Positions 52,561-64,000 of a DNA stretch of 64,000 nucleotides are shown here, in pieces. The position numbers and the translations under genes were made by a program. Below the pieces are notes generated by a model. It was given only the letters and a program-made list of their open reading frames with translations, did no database searches and was not told the origin of the DNA. The DNA is from Mobula hypostoma (taxonomy: Eukaryota). The DNA is taken from NCBI RefSeq assembly GCF_963921235.1, contig NC_086108.1:40736001-40800000 (forward strand), written 5' to 3'. Position 1 is the first letter of the stretch; every line of letters begins with the position of its first letter.

Positions 52561-53496
52561 CTAGGCAGCAGATCGCCTCTGTATAATGAAGACTCCTCTG
52601 TGCAGCTGTCCTAGATATATACGTATCTTTGTGCTATCACTTGTCTTCTTTACCCATATCTCATTTGTTCCAACTGAGCTAATTACACAGCCAATCTTTG
52701 TATTCTCCTTAGATTCCAAATAGATAGCCTAACCTTTATGATACCATCTCTTATCATGGTATAACTTTCCATCTTCTGTTTGTGCTTCATACCTTTGTGC
52801 TGGTGATTCAGCAGGAGTGCTGGGAAGATGCTCAGGAGAAGACAGAGATGCTGGTCTTTTCAGAAATTTAAGTTTATTGAGAGTTTGCAGATCTTCTGTT
52901 ATCTGTTCATCCATTAACAAGTAACTTAACTGCGCAGGTGCAGGTTTTCGTCTTTTGTTTGCAATTGGAACAGGGTTATTAGGTCTCCTCCTTACTTTCC
53001 TAGTCATTATTGGCTTTACCTCCATAGAATCTCCTGTGAGTTCCATTGTTAGCCTCTCATTCTTAATCATCTTTTTCTTCTCTTCTAACTCAATCTTTTT
53101 ATCTTCAAGTTCTTTCACTGCTGCTTTCGTCTCTTTAATATAATTTCTTTCCACTTGTTCTGTCTCCAGTTGCAGAAAAAGCTCTGCATTTCGTATTCTT
53201 TCCTTGTATTGTTGATCTAGTTGCTTCATCGTTTTCTGATACTCCTGTGAAGTGCCTTCCTGTAACTGCTATAGCTGTCTTTTGAGAGATGTCAATTTCT
53301 CCAGGTACATCTGCTCTTTTACCTCCAGGTAGTCTTCATCATCCTGCTTATTGGCAATATCTGTCTCACTTGCATCCCCTGTATCTTCATCCGAGTTGCG
53401 GCCGTGGATACTGTGTTCGTCATCATCGTCGATGCTGTCTAGCTCCTCCTCGTCATTGTAATAATCGACAATTTGTGAGAGGAGAGCTGCAGAAAT
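52561..53496 (-). pseudogene. SUDS3: Processed (intronless) pseudogene of Sin3-HDAC corepressor complex component SDS3
   Basis: One continuous frame reads [21 protein letters not shown]...[21 protein letters not shown]...[23 protein letters not shown]...[17 protein letters not shown]...[10 protein letters not shown]...[21 protein letters not shown]...[30 protein letters not shown], matching vertebrate SUDS3 end to end. Lesions: two in-frame TAG stops at Gln positions (53269, 52729), a start position reading ATT, and an ~8-aa deletion (KENLIAEL). Confidence 0.95.
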
Positions 53497-53499
53497 CTT

Positions 53500-54687
53500 C
53501 CCCGTCGAGCTGCCCTCCTTTGTTGACACATCTAGTGCCTTGATAGTGTGCCACACTAACTGGATTTTCCTGAGGCATTCACATCCCAGCAATGGTAGTC
53601 CTCCATTTTTCAGTACATAGAGGTTCAGCCGCTGTGTTTTGTCTCCGAAGGTCACTGTCACTTTTATTTTGCCTTTGGGACGCACTGTCTGTCCTGTGTA
53701 AGTCTTTAGCAAGTTTCAGAGGTATGTGAGAAAACAGTCGTTTGTAGTTGTGCACAGAGATCACTGTTAAAGCTGAGGTTGTGTCCAAATCCATTTTCAG
53801 TCTCAAGCTAGCCACTTGTGGAGTGATCGATATTACTCTTCGATCATCCATCTCTTTCATGCTGTGAAGTTGCCGACAAGACAATTCACTTTCATTGGAG
53901 TCGTTTTCATCAGAACTGCCTTCTTTCATTTTGTGTACCTTCTTGTGTTTTCCTTTCTGGGGTTTTTTGTTTCTCTGTATGTTGCCCTTTTTCTGCTGTT
54001 GACTAGCTTTGCATACTCTGCCAATGTGGCCTTGTTTGCCACAGTTTCTGCATTCTTTGTCTTTAAACCAACATTCATCAGGGTCATGTGACCTGTTCCC
54101 ACAATGGTAACATTTCCTTCCTTCATTCCTGTTCAGTGACATTTTATTTGTGGCATATTCCAGATTTTTTTGTTGTATCTCGGAAGCACCCGGTGCCGCT
54201 GTTTCCGTTGATATTGCAATGTTTAGCGCTTTCTCCAATGTAAGGTCTCTTTTACACAGAAGCTTCTTCTGTGTGGTTTCACAGTGCATGCCACACACTA
54301 ACCTGTCCCTCAATGCGTCTGATAGACCAGCTCCAAATTGACAATGTTCTGATAATTTGTGCAATTCAGCACAATATTCAGAAATGCTTTCATTTTTGCT
54401 CTGATTCCAATTGTGGAATTTAAATCTTTCAGCAATGACCAGTGGTTTGGGCTTTAAATGCTGTTGGAGAGTGTCTACTATTTGCTTGAATGTTTAGTCA
54501 GTTGGCTTTTCAGGGGTTAACGAGCTCCGTAGAAGGTCGTATGTTTTTGCTCCCATAATATGAGTAAAGCGCCGGCTTTCCTTTCATCATTAACACTGTT
54601 AGCCTCACAATATAACACTCTTTCAATGTAAGTTGCCCAGTCTTCAATGCCACTATCAAATGCTGTAATGTTTCCAATCATCGCCAT
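53500..54687 (-). pseudogene. Gypsy gag and aspartic protease, frameshifted
   Basis: Starts MAMIGNITAFDSGIEDWATYIER, then LRDRLVCG, two CCHC knuckles (CYHCGNRSHDPDEC, CRNCGKQGHIGRVC), protease LKMDLDTTSALTVIS and LKTYTG...LPLLG. Confidence 0.9.
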
Positions 54688-55058
54688 CTTTGTTATGTTA
54701 ATTAAGCCCCGTTCTCCCCTTATTTTCCTTTTTTTTGACTCACATGTCCTTTTTGCTAGCGCCACAAGCGTACTGCATCTAGATGTGTGTGTGTCGCTCC
54801 TTTTTATCTCCCTTCTGGGGCAGGCAGACCCCCAGCCCCTGGGGGTCAGCGCTGGCTGTGGTCGCACCTGGACTGCTACAGCTCTGACTGTGTCTCAGTC
54901 TCCCGACGTTCCCGGCCCCAGCTGTGCTCCCACTTCCTTTCAGACTCGTTGCCTCACTCTGCCTCTTTCTCCCACTCCTTGACTCGTTGCTTGCACTCTT
55001 CTTCCGAGTGTCGTTACCAATTACAACACTGCGTTCCGATACGACGTAGGTTCATTAA

Positions 55059-55069
55059 CCTTGTCGCCA
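55059..55069 (-). other. Primer-binding site (tRNA-Ser(GCT)-type)
   Basis: TGGCGACAAGG, 3 nt downstream of the 5' LTR and one mismatch from TGGCGACGAGG. Confidence 0.8.
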
Positions 55070-55072
55070 ATT

Positions 55073-55295
55073 TGTTGTGTATGTGGCCTGGTTACACAAC
55101 AATCCTATTACTAAAAACTCTGGAGACGGGAGCTAAGGTTCGTGGTTCTATGCCGGCAGAAACCGATCTCGGCACACACGTACAGATCAATACGTGTCTA
55201 ATAACGCATGCTCGATATGCACTTAATAGCGCTTGCAACGACATGTTACTGAAACATAAAGTAGTCCCTTATTACAATGTAGGCTATACGGTACA
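55073..55295 (-). repeat. 5' LTR of inner element (223 bp)
   Basis: Direct repeat of 51836-52033 with a 25-bp indel and TGT...ACA termini. Confidence 0.95.
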
Positions 55296-58200
55296 GGCAG
55301 CATATACCACACCCCCATTTCCTCATTTCTGAGTCATATCACATTCAGGGGTGGGGTCTGGTCTAGTCTTTTCCGTTGCTGGTCCTTCAGTTCACCCATG
55401 TTGCCACAGAGTCCTCTTACTAGGTGTAGGGTCTGGGTCAGGCTCTGGGTCAACACGTACCTCTTGTCCCAGAGATAGAAGGTGGTTCCGATGGAGAATC
55501 TTGACAGGCCCATTCCCGTCCTTTGGTTTCACCTGGAAAACTGTTACCTTTGGTATCTGACTCTCCACTACATACAGTGTAGCCACCCAGCGGTCAGCCA
55601 ACTTGTGTCTCTAAATTCTTTATGAGGACTCAGTCTCCAGGCAAAAGTTTGGAAATCCTAACCTTTTGATCATGCCTCCTCTTATTTCCTTGATTCTGCT
55701 TGATAACCGAGACTCCAGCTGGTTCATAAGCCTTTTGCAGCTCCCTTCTCATATCAGACACATACGTCAGATAAGTCTTCTGTTGTAGATCTTCCCCACC
55801 AGTCCCAAAACAGAGGTCAATGAGCAGACGTGCTTTGCGCTCAAGCATCAGATAATACGGCAAGTACCCAGAGGCATCATTCTGTGTACAGTTGTAGCAG
55901 TGGACCAGATGACCAATATGTTGACTCCACTTGTTCTTACTCATCTCCAAGGTATAGGTATGTCTAGGAATGTCCGATTGAACCTCTGGGGCTGGGGATA
56001 AGGTGTAGTCCATGACTTCTCGACCTCATGCATGCTCAGTAACTCATGTATGAACCTACTCTCAAAATCCCGTCCCTGATTGCTCTGTATCTGACTGGGG
56101 AGGCCATAATGAATGAAATACTTCTCCCATAACTCTTCGGCCACGGTGGACGCTCTCTGATCCTTTTTAGGGAAAGCTAACGCATATCTGGTGTAGTGAT
56201 CCGTAATAACCAAGAGATTTGCCATGTTGCTGGAATCAGGCTCTATGAAGATGAAATCCATACACACCTGATCAAATGGCCCCGAACTCTCAAATGGGAT
56301 AATGGAGTGGCCCTAGTAAGTGGCATCTTCCTCTGTATACATTGAATGCACAACTTTCAGTACTCTTTGACCTCTGCCTTTATTCGGAGCCAGTAGAACC
56401 GATCTCTGATCAAGCCATTGGTCTTGTCAACCCACAAATGACTGGAATCATCATGAAGTGACTTCAACACAATCCTCTGATACTTCTCAAGCAGAACCAG
56501 CTGGGAATGCCAAGACCTATCTGGAGGCAACACGGCCCAGTGTAGAATCTGGCTCCTCAACGCGAATCTGGGCCATTCCCTCAGTAGTAGAGACACTGCA
56601 GAGTGTTTCATCTTGTCCACCTGGGCTACGTCCCCTTTCGCAACCACTGACCAAATGGTACCTATGCACAGGTCATCTTGCTGAACAGCGACCACTTCCC
56701 CGGGACTCAATTCCAGCAACTGCTTTGTCTTCAGGGCAGTCACGTTGAAGTAAGCTTGTGAAATGGCTCCATCAGAAGCTCCCAAATGATTTACCACTCG
56801 ATCCTGCCCTTGCCTTTCCTCTTCCTTCCCCGTTATGTAAAACTGGCACAGGGGCAGAAACGTTTTCCCACTCTCTGTCCCTGTCCAGCCTTTTATGCAA
56901 ACATCAGGACAAAGCATCGGCAGCAATATTCTGACTCCTTGGCTGGCATTTCAGGCTGAAATCATAGGCAGACAACTCCACCAGCCACCAATGGCCTGTG
57001 GCATCCAATTTTGCTGAGGCCAGGATATAAGTAATGGGTTGTTCTCCGTCCTCACCTTGAACTGGGCACCATACAGATAGCCACTTAGCTTATCCAACAC
57101 AGCCCATTTCAATGCCAGCAACCTCCAAGTTGTGTGTGGGGTAACTTTGCTCAGAGGGTGACATACTCTGACTGACTCACTCTTGAGCCCCGATCCTGAT
57201 ACAGAACATCCCCTAAGCCCTCTCTGCTGGTATCTATATGCAGTACATTTGGCAACTGGGGGTGTGCAAAAGCCAGCACAGGCACTTTCGTCAGCAGCTC
57301 CTTCAACGATTGAAAGGCCTCTTCACATTTCACTTCCCATCTTGCTCCAAAAGGCTCCAAGGGGCTAAAATAATCTTTACCATCCTCTCCTTTCATCCTC
57401 CTTTCTTTCTTCCCCAAGGGAGGGTAACTGCACAGAAGCAGACTTAAAGAGTGACTCACTTTTGCGTAGCCCTTCATGAACCTCCGATAGTACTCACAGA
57501 ATCTAAGGAACGAGTACAGGGCGTTCATAATATAGGGCCTTGGCCATGTAGTCACTGCCTCTATCTTAGACAGATCCATAGCCACTCCATCCTATGAGAC
57601 TATGTACCCAATATAGTTGACAGATGTCTTGCAGAACTGGCTCTTGTTCAGGGAAAGGGTTAATCCTCCAGCTTTCAGGCGGACCAGCACCTTCGGTAGC
57701 CTCGCTTCATGTTCCTCCAAGGTGGACCTGAACGCTATTAGATCACCCAGGTACACCAACACCTGAAGCAAGTTCATATCCCCCAGTTTTCTCCATGACA
57801 TGCTGGCAAGTCCCTGGGGCATCCTTTCAAACTGGAAGAATCCCAATGGGTATATAAATGCCGTCTTCTCTTTATCAGCCTCACACATGGGTACCTGATA
57901 ATATCCACTCCTCATGTCCAGCACACTGCATATTATTAAAGGAATTATATTTATGCATGCAAACTTAACTGAAGGATTAGTAAATAAAAGAAAGGCAAAA
58001 AACAAATAGGGCCTATTATAATTAAACAGTCAAATGTCCACAAGTTGGAGCTCAGTTCTTCCAAAAGCTATATTCACCAATCCTCAGTAGACCTCTGCAC
58101 CTTGCTCCATCGAATCATGGTCCCCCACCAGGTTGAATCCTATGACCAGTTCTCTCCAGCGTCTTCTCCCTTCATCTCCCACTGAACAAAAGACCCCAGC

Positions 58201-58354
58201 TCACACCGGTGTCAGGCACACAACACAAAAAACTTACTCCCCTGATTGAATGACTCACATTCCAAAGCACCCATTTTCTCTGACCATAACCCAAACACTG
58301 CTTCTACAGAAAGACTATTGTGTTAGCAATGAAACTTTTCTCCAGGGTGTTACA

Positions 58355-58530
58355 TACACTTACTTCTGCCCCCGACATTCATGAATTTCTGGCATACTGC
58401 TAGTGTCTTCCACAGTAAAGATTGATGCCAAATACTTTTTGAGCTGGTCCATTATTTCTTTGTCCCCAATTACTAATTCTCCAGCATTTATTTCCAGTGG
58501 TCAAATATCCACTCTCACCCTCTCTTTTAC
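58355..58530 (-). mobile_element. CR1 fragment, upstream continuation of 49933-51552
   Basis: Encodes a KYLASIFTVEDTSSMPEI-like CR1 ORF2 linker on the minus strand. Confidence 0.8.
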
Positions 58531-59667
58531 TCTTTGTATATCTGAACTATTTTGCTCTTTACACTGGCCCAGACTGTCCAACACATTCACTATTCAGATC
58601 ACATTGAACCTGATTCAAAATTCAGGAGTTCCATGGTAAAGAGATCAAAAGCTGTCACAAAATCACTGAAAAGAATCTGTTCCCTTGTGCTTATGGTAAT
58701 GTTCATGTCACTGGGTTCAGATCGTGGAGTTTACTTCCACTAGTGTTCATTGGCTCTGAACCACACTGACTGTACAGTACTATCCATGATAGAAAACCAG
58801 CCAATTCTGCAACCAGAAAAATGCACGATATGTATAATTAGAATCAGCAAGAGACAGAGCTGAAATGGCGGTGCATCACTTAGTACTGCTGCTGCAAAAC
58901 TCCCCAAACCCGGCTTTCATCCTGGTCCTCCTCTGCTGTGTGTTCTGGGTGGAAGATCGGCAGGATAAGCTGGGGGAGGGGGGAGCAGAATTGTGAGAGA
59001 GATTGGGCAGCAGAGAAATAACAAATGGTATTGATTGAGAACCAACATAGAATCAATGGGCTGAATGGTCTTCTAGTTTATAAGTAAATATGAGAGAAGA
59101 TATATGAAATATATGGACAGACTTTAATTGTGATTGGCACTCAGATTACCATTCCTTCTTTTCATGCTCTAAGGATAGAATAGGTTTAGATTGTTTTCTC
59201 TGGAGTGTCAGAGGCTGCTGGGTGACCTAATCCAAGTACATAAAATAACGACAGGGTGAGATAGTGCAGATGGTCAGAGTCTGTTTCTCTCGCCATGGGT
59301 CGGGGCATTGAGAGGCTTAAAAGTCTCCAATGATCCCAACCAAGCTAGTCCCCTGCTTGACCAGAACTACTCAGTAGACAAAGGTCTCAACCTCCTCCGT
59401 GTGAGCTGGTCTCACACATAAGTGTCCTTTGTTCTATTCCACACTACACAGTGGGGTTTTCCATATGCATTGCTCCTGCACACTTTCCATTCCTCTGCCT
59501 TTGCCTATGACATGGATAAACATGACTGGCTGTCTAGTCTGCCACTGGATTCAGTAAGGACTCCCAGGTGAAGGTCCCTCTATGTGGGAGTTTTTTCAAA
59601 TTATACCACGGACTGGGTAGAGAGTGCTGCACAGACCTATCCCATGCAAGGAGATTTCTCATAGTTT

Positions 59668-60590
59668 AAAGTTCGAAGTAAATTTATTATGAAAGTACAT
59701 ACTATATATGTCACTATTTACAACCCTGATATTCATTTTCTTGCAGGCATTCACAGTAAATACAAAGAAACACAATAGCATCAATGAAAGACCATACCCA
59801 CCAGGATGGACAAACAACCAATGTGCAAAAGACTGTGCAAGTACAAAAAGGAAGAAAAAAAAGAAATATTAATAATGATATCTTAATCTGATTACTTACA
59901 ATCAAATGGCAAGCATCATTCACCAAAATCTTGCTTTAAAATACAAACTCATAAAAGACACTATACCTTATTATAAATACAAGCCTAATCTACAAACGTT
60001 TGTATTTTTAGATTCAGAATCCTACCAATTATACTATGACCATTATATTATTACAGGTAGGACAATCTGTAACAGCTGTCTGGATATGATATTCCAGGAT
60101 AAACAAGCAAGAACAACCTACTTACAGCTATTCCAAGCACACTTAACATACAGAAATCAGTAAGTGAAAAACACCAGAAATATGCTAAATTAAAAGAGGA
60201 AATTGAATGACTATGGAACTTGAACAGGGTATACATTGTCCCAATAGTAATGTCTACAAGTGGTATCATCCCAAAGTCACTGCACAATAGCATTAAACAA
60301 TTAGGCCTAAGCTGCAAAATTTATGTACATCTTCAGAAAGCCACAATACTAAACACCAGTAGAATAATCTGAAAGTTCCGAGCAATTGAGAAATGAGTGT
60401 GCTTGGCTATGCTTGGGTTTTACCAGCTTGAGTTGAGAAAAAAAATCATAATAATAATTATAATAAGTAAGCAACAAATATCAAGAACATGAGATGGAGA
60501 GTCATTGAAAGTGAGTCCATAGGGTGTGGGAACAATAGGTGATGGGGCGAGTGAGGCTGAGTGAATTTATTTTCTCTAGTTCAAGAGCCT
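59668..60590 (-). mobile_element. Rex1/Babar-type 3' UTR, split by the R4-like insertion
   Basis: Homologous to 503-800 (aaatttattatgaaagtac...ttcattttcttgcagg...aagaacatgag...tgagtgaa.tta). Confidence 0.7.
59875..60445 (+). mobile_element. R4/Dong-like non-LTR retrotransposon 3' end
   Basis: Colinear with 33700-34270 and ends ccagcttgagttgagaaaaaaaatcataataat. Confidence 0.75.
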
Positions 60591-60904
60591 AAAGATGGTT
60601 CCCTATCTCCCCAGCTACCTGCCATTTCTGCAGCCTGTACTATTCTGTCTACTAAGAACACATGCACCTAGTGGGGTACAGCTCCTGTCCGAGTACTTGA
60701 AGGGATTACTCCTCAAGTTATGGTTGCTCTTCAACCCCGTGGTCCTGATCTTCAAGCACCCAGTATGGAAGATGTGAAGTCTGTTGAGGACCTACGCATT
60801 GGTCTGTTGCTATGGAAGACCCATGAAGCCATTCACAGGTCCAGGCAGTGGGCCACTGAAACATCCATCTGAGCTCACTGCTTATCCCACTTCCAAAGTT
60901 CTGC

Positions 60905-61660
60905 TCAAGAGGTGGTGTGAGAGACCAGGTGAGGTCATCCATTAAGTGCATTCCCAGAAACTTGGTGCTCTTAATTCTCTCCACAGTGGAGCCATGTATG
61001 TGCAGTGAGCATCTTTCGAAAACCCACGATTATCTCTTTGAACTTGTCCATGTTGAGACTCAAGTTGTTCTGCATGCACCATTCTTTCAGTCACTCGGAC
61101 CCCTCTCTGCACATTGTCTCATTGTTGTTGATAAGAACACCACTGCTGTGTCATCAGTGAACTTGATGATTCGGTTTGAAGTGGATCTAGCAGTGCAGTC
61201 ATGCTTCAGCAGTGTAGACAACAGTGGGCTGAGCACACAGCTCTGGAGGGGGAGGGTGTGTGCTGGTGCTCAGTGTGATGGAGTTGAGTTGTTTCTGACT
61301 GTGGCCTTTCTGTCAAAAAGTCCGGATCCAGTTAGAGAGAGGTGTTAAGACCATATGAGGGTAGTTTACTCACCAGCTTCCAAGGGATTATTGCATTAAA
61401 TGGCAAGCTAAAGTTGATAATCAGCATCCTGGCAAATGAGGCGCCATTTTCCCAGTGGTACAGGATGGAGTGGAATGTAGAGGCTATGACATCACCAGTA
61501 GACTAATTACAGCTATAAGCAAACTGGAAAGGGTCTAATGTAGCAGGAATATGGGATTTGTTGCAGTCCATAACTAGCTACTCAAAGCACTTCATTATTT
61601 TTAAAGTCAGTGCCACTGGACGATAGCCGTTGAGGCAGGTTATTGGCGCCTTCTTGGTTG
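60905..61660 (-). mobile_element. Rex1/Babar-type LINE RT fragment, degenerate
   Basis: Minus strand encodes YRPVAL-like (61605-61625), KFTDD (61150-61165) and KFLGMHL..DLTWS. Confidence 0.7.
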
Positions 61661-62729
61661 TTGTTGATGTGCAGGATGGACTTATAGTCCATTATGGTCT
61701 GAATGCCTTGTCACAGGCACCTTGTGTCTCTGGTGTCACAGAAATGGCCGTATATTCTCTGTGACTAATCCCATTTTACCTTCCAGATGGTGCGGGAAAG
61801 TGCAGCTCTTGCTGACCTGAGAGCTGTCTTATCCCCCTATCTGAAGGCCGCATCCCGATTTCTCAGCTGTGTCCAGACCGCTGCTGTCAGCCACAGGTTC
61901 TCATTTGCCCAATTTGCCCTCAGAGTGGTGTGTATAATAATGGTGACGTCCTCAATACATTTCACTTATATATCTAGTCACAGATCTCGTATGTTTGTCA
62001 TGCCAATGTGATGGTTGTACGTAGCTTCCTCCCTAAAGATGCTTCTGCTTGTGTTCTGGAGGCCGGTTCAATACCATACATATACAGCTGGAAACTTGTT
62101 CAATGGAATACTGGTTGAATTACGTGCCAGTTTTACCGAGACTGCCAGAATACTGCACCTCTACCCCTGTCGCCTGTATGTGAAGATAGGCATTCAGTGC
62201 AGAACCAGGACTACCAGTCCTTCAGGCCTCCTCAACCACGGCTGATCTGATTGTTACCCCAACTCCAAATTTCACCCGACAGGAATCTATGTACCTCTGC
62301 CTTAAAACATTCAAAGGTTTGCCTTCTGCAGCTCTTTGACGAAAAGCATACCAAAGACTCATAGCCCTAGAGAGAAACAGTTCACCATTTTCTCTGCTTT
62401 AAATAAACAGTCCTTTTATTTCGAAGGTTCTAGATTCTCCCACAAGAGTGCCATTCCCTCCACATTCACCCTGTCATGAATTTTCAAGAAGTTTGATGAA
62501 GTTTCCTCTCACTCTTTCATATACCTATCTATACAAGCTTAGCCTATCCATCTTTTCTTCACCATACATCCTGTCTATTCCAGCTAAGGCCTTATAAACC
62601 TTCTCTGAACTGTTTCCAAAGTATTTATGTCCTTCCTTAACTAAGGCAAACAATGCTGTTTGTGCTGCTCTGGACTGGGTGTCAGTCCATCAGAGACAAA
62701 GAGACCTGTTGAATACATTTACATGGAGC

Positions 62730-63292
62730 ACTGCCACAGGAATGCAGCAACCAACATCAAAGACCCCTACCATCCAGACCATGCTCCCTTCTAGGGCAGG
62801 AGATACCACAGAAGAGATCCCAAACCACCGGGTTCAGTAATAGTTATTACCGTCCAATCATCAGGCTCCTGAACCATCATGGATAATTTCATTCACCACT
62901 ACTTGGAACTGATTCGATGACTTACAGACTCACTTTCAAAGACTCTTTGCAATTCCTGTTCTCAGTATTATTATTTTTTTAATTGCTCAATTTGTTTTAT
63001 TTTGCACATTGGTTGTTTGTCAGTATTTTCTGCTTACGTATAGTTTTTTGTAAATTCTGTTGTATTTAAAGCAACGTGCACAAATTACTGGAGGAATTCA
63101 ACACATCAGGCAGCATCTTTTGAACTAAATAAACAGTCGACGTTTTGGGCCAAGACCCTTATTCAGGACCAATAAAATAAACAGAAGAAATTTCTTTTTT
63201 TTTGCTTCTGTCAATGCCTGCAAGGAAATGAATCCCAGGAAATACACGGTAACATATTTACACTTTGATAATAAAATTACTGAACTTTGAAC
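62730..63292 (+). mobile_element. Rex1/Babar 3' end with a Penelope-derived insert at ~63070-63170
   Basis: catcaaagacccctaccatccag...catcaggctcctgaacc... ends in ataataaaattactgaactttgaac. The insert matches the Penelope terminal repeat. Confidence 0.65.
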
Positions 63293-63737
63293 AATGTGCT
63301 GTAGTTTTCTATTCAGTTTACCTCACAATAAACAATATAATTCTTTGTATTTTTTTGTTCTGATAACATGCTTCACCTTCATGGTAAGCCTTTGCAAATC
63401 ACACATAGGTTCAGTACTGTACGTCTACATATAGAGGATGGTATAGAGCAGCGTTTCTATACCTGGATATTAACTCTACGCTGTGCCCCTGCACCTGTAG
63501 GTGAGTTCTATACTGTACTTCTACATATGGAGTTTGCTGTAATACTCTTCTGTAACACTGGTCCGACACTGTGACTTTGCAACTTCAGATAAAATCAGTA
63601 CTGTTACTGCCTAGACTGAGATTGGTTCACCACTGTGTCACAACACCTAGAGCTTAGTTCACACCTGGGGATTGTTTCAGTACTGTGCGCTACGCCAGAA
63701 TTGAGCTTCAATTCTGTGCATCTGGAGGTTGTTTTAG

Positions 63738-64000
63738 CTGGGGTTGGTAATGGCGATAACCTCCCACTACCTATTAAGTGCTCCCAGTGGTGTGCACCTC
63801 AAATAGCCTCTGAAACCAAGTCCAGCTCCAGCCTTTCATGTGTGCTGTACTTTCTACTGATGGGAGAAGGGGCTAAGGTAGGTTACTGGGGCTTTTTAAC
63901 CAGTCGTTTTGGGCAGATGGAGTTTGCCAGCTGTGGCTGGCAGCTCACCTAGGAGAAGGAGAACTCTGATCTCAAATCTCTGCTGCCTTGCGGCTATACT
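63738..64000 (+). repeat. Unclassified interspersed repeat (family of 30805-31290), runs off the window end
   Basis: Direct similarity to 30805-31080. Confidence 0.7.

Larger units (their letters stand above)
51836..55295 (-). mobile_element. Inner Gypsy LTR element (3460 bp) carrying a SUDS3 retrocopy in place of RT/RNaseH/integrase
   Basis: Paired LTRs, 5-bp TSD GGCAG (51831-51835 and 55296-55300), PBS, PPT, gag, protease and the SUDS3 CDS. Confidence 0.95.
51553..58354 (-). mobile_element. Outer Gypsy (Ty3) LTR retrotransposon, internally deleted and decayed
   Basis: Domains lie in Gypsy order: RT (VLDMRSGYYQ, FERMPQGL, LVYLGDL), RNaseH (LHIDTSREGLG) and integrase (LHDDSSHL, TDHYTRY, QSNQGRDFES, ERKARLLIDL, LLPGD). 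There is an LTR-like segment at ~57931-58354 starting TGTAACACCC on the minus strand, and TACA is duplicated at 51549-51552 and 58355-58358. Confidence 0.85.

Noticed and set aside
52561..53496. SUDS3 as the functional host gene
   Set aside because: It is intronless, enclosed by LTRs, lacks the initiator ATG, and has two in-frame stops and a deletion in the coiled coil.
54517..55332. ORFs 54787-55332(+), 54647-54982(+) and the N-terminal half of 54517-54867(-)
   Set aside because: They run through the LTR and leader of the Gypsy element, mostly antisense. Only the part from 54687 is gag.
1..64000. CRISPR arrays, operons, rRNA or tRNA genes
   Set aside because: No regularly spaced repeat-spacer array or RNA-gene structure was seen. 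The window is eukaryotic repeat-rich DNA.

Overview
This is repeat-dense vertebrate genomic DNA with no intact host gene that I can recognise. The repeat inventory suggests a cartilaginous fish, probably a ray (inference): CR1 and Rex1/Babar LINEs, V-type SINEs, Penelope-like elements, R4/Dong-like and Vingi-like fragments, Tc1 MITEs and Gypsy LTR elements. The standout feature is a structurally complete Gypsy LTR element at 51836-55295 on the minus strand. It has two TGT...ACA LTRs, a GGCAG target-site duplication (TSD), a tRNA-Ser-type PBS and a PPT. Its RT/RNaseH/integrase region has been replaced by an intronless, full-length copy of the host SUDS3 mRNA (Sin3-HDAC corepressor subunit), fused in frame to the retroelement protease and now decayed. 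This element sits inside an older Gypsy element, which in turn sits inside a CR1 LINE. Other notable items are dispersed minimal hammerhead-ribozyme motifs in Penelope-derived repeats, a young palindrome with 92-bp arms and a 13-bp TSD, a near full-length Rex1/Babar LINE nested in a relative, and two R4/Dong-like fragments at equivalent sites. Boundaries of old repeats are approximate and family names were assigned by eye, without database searches.
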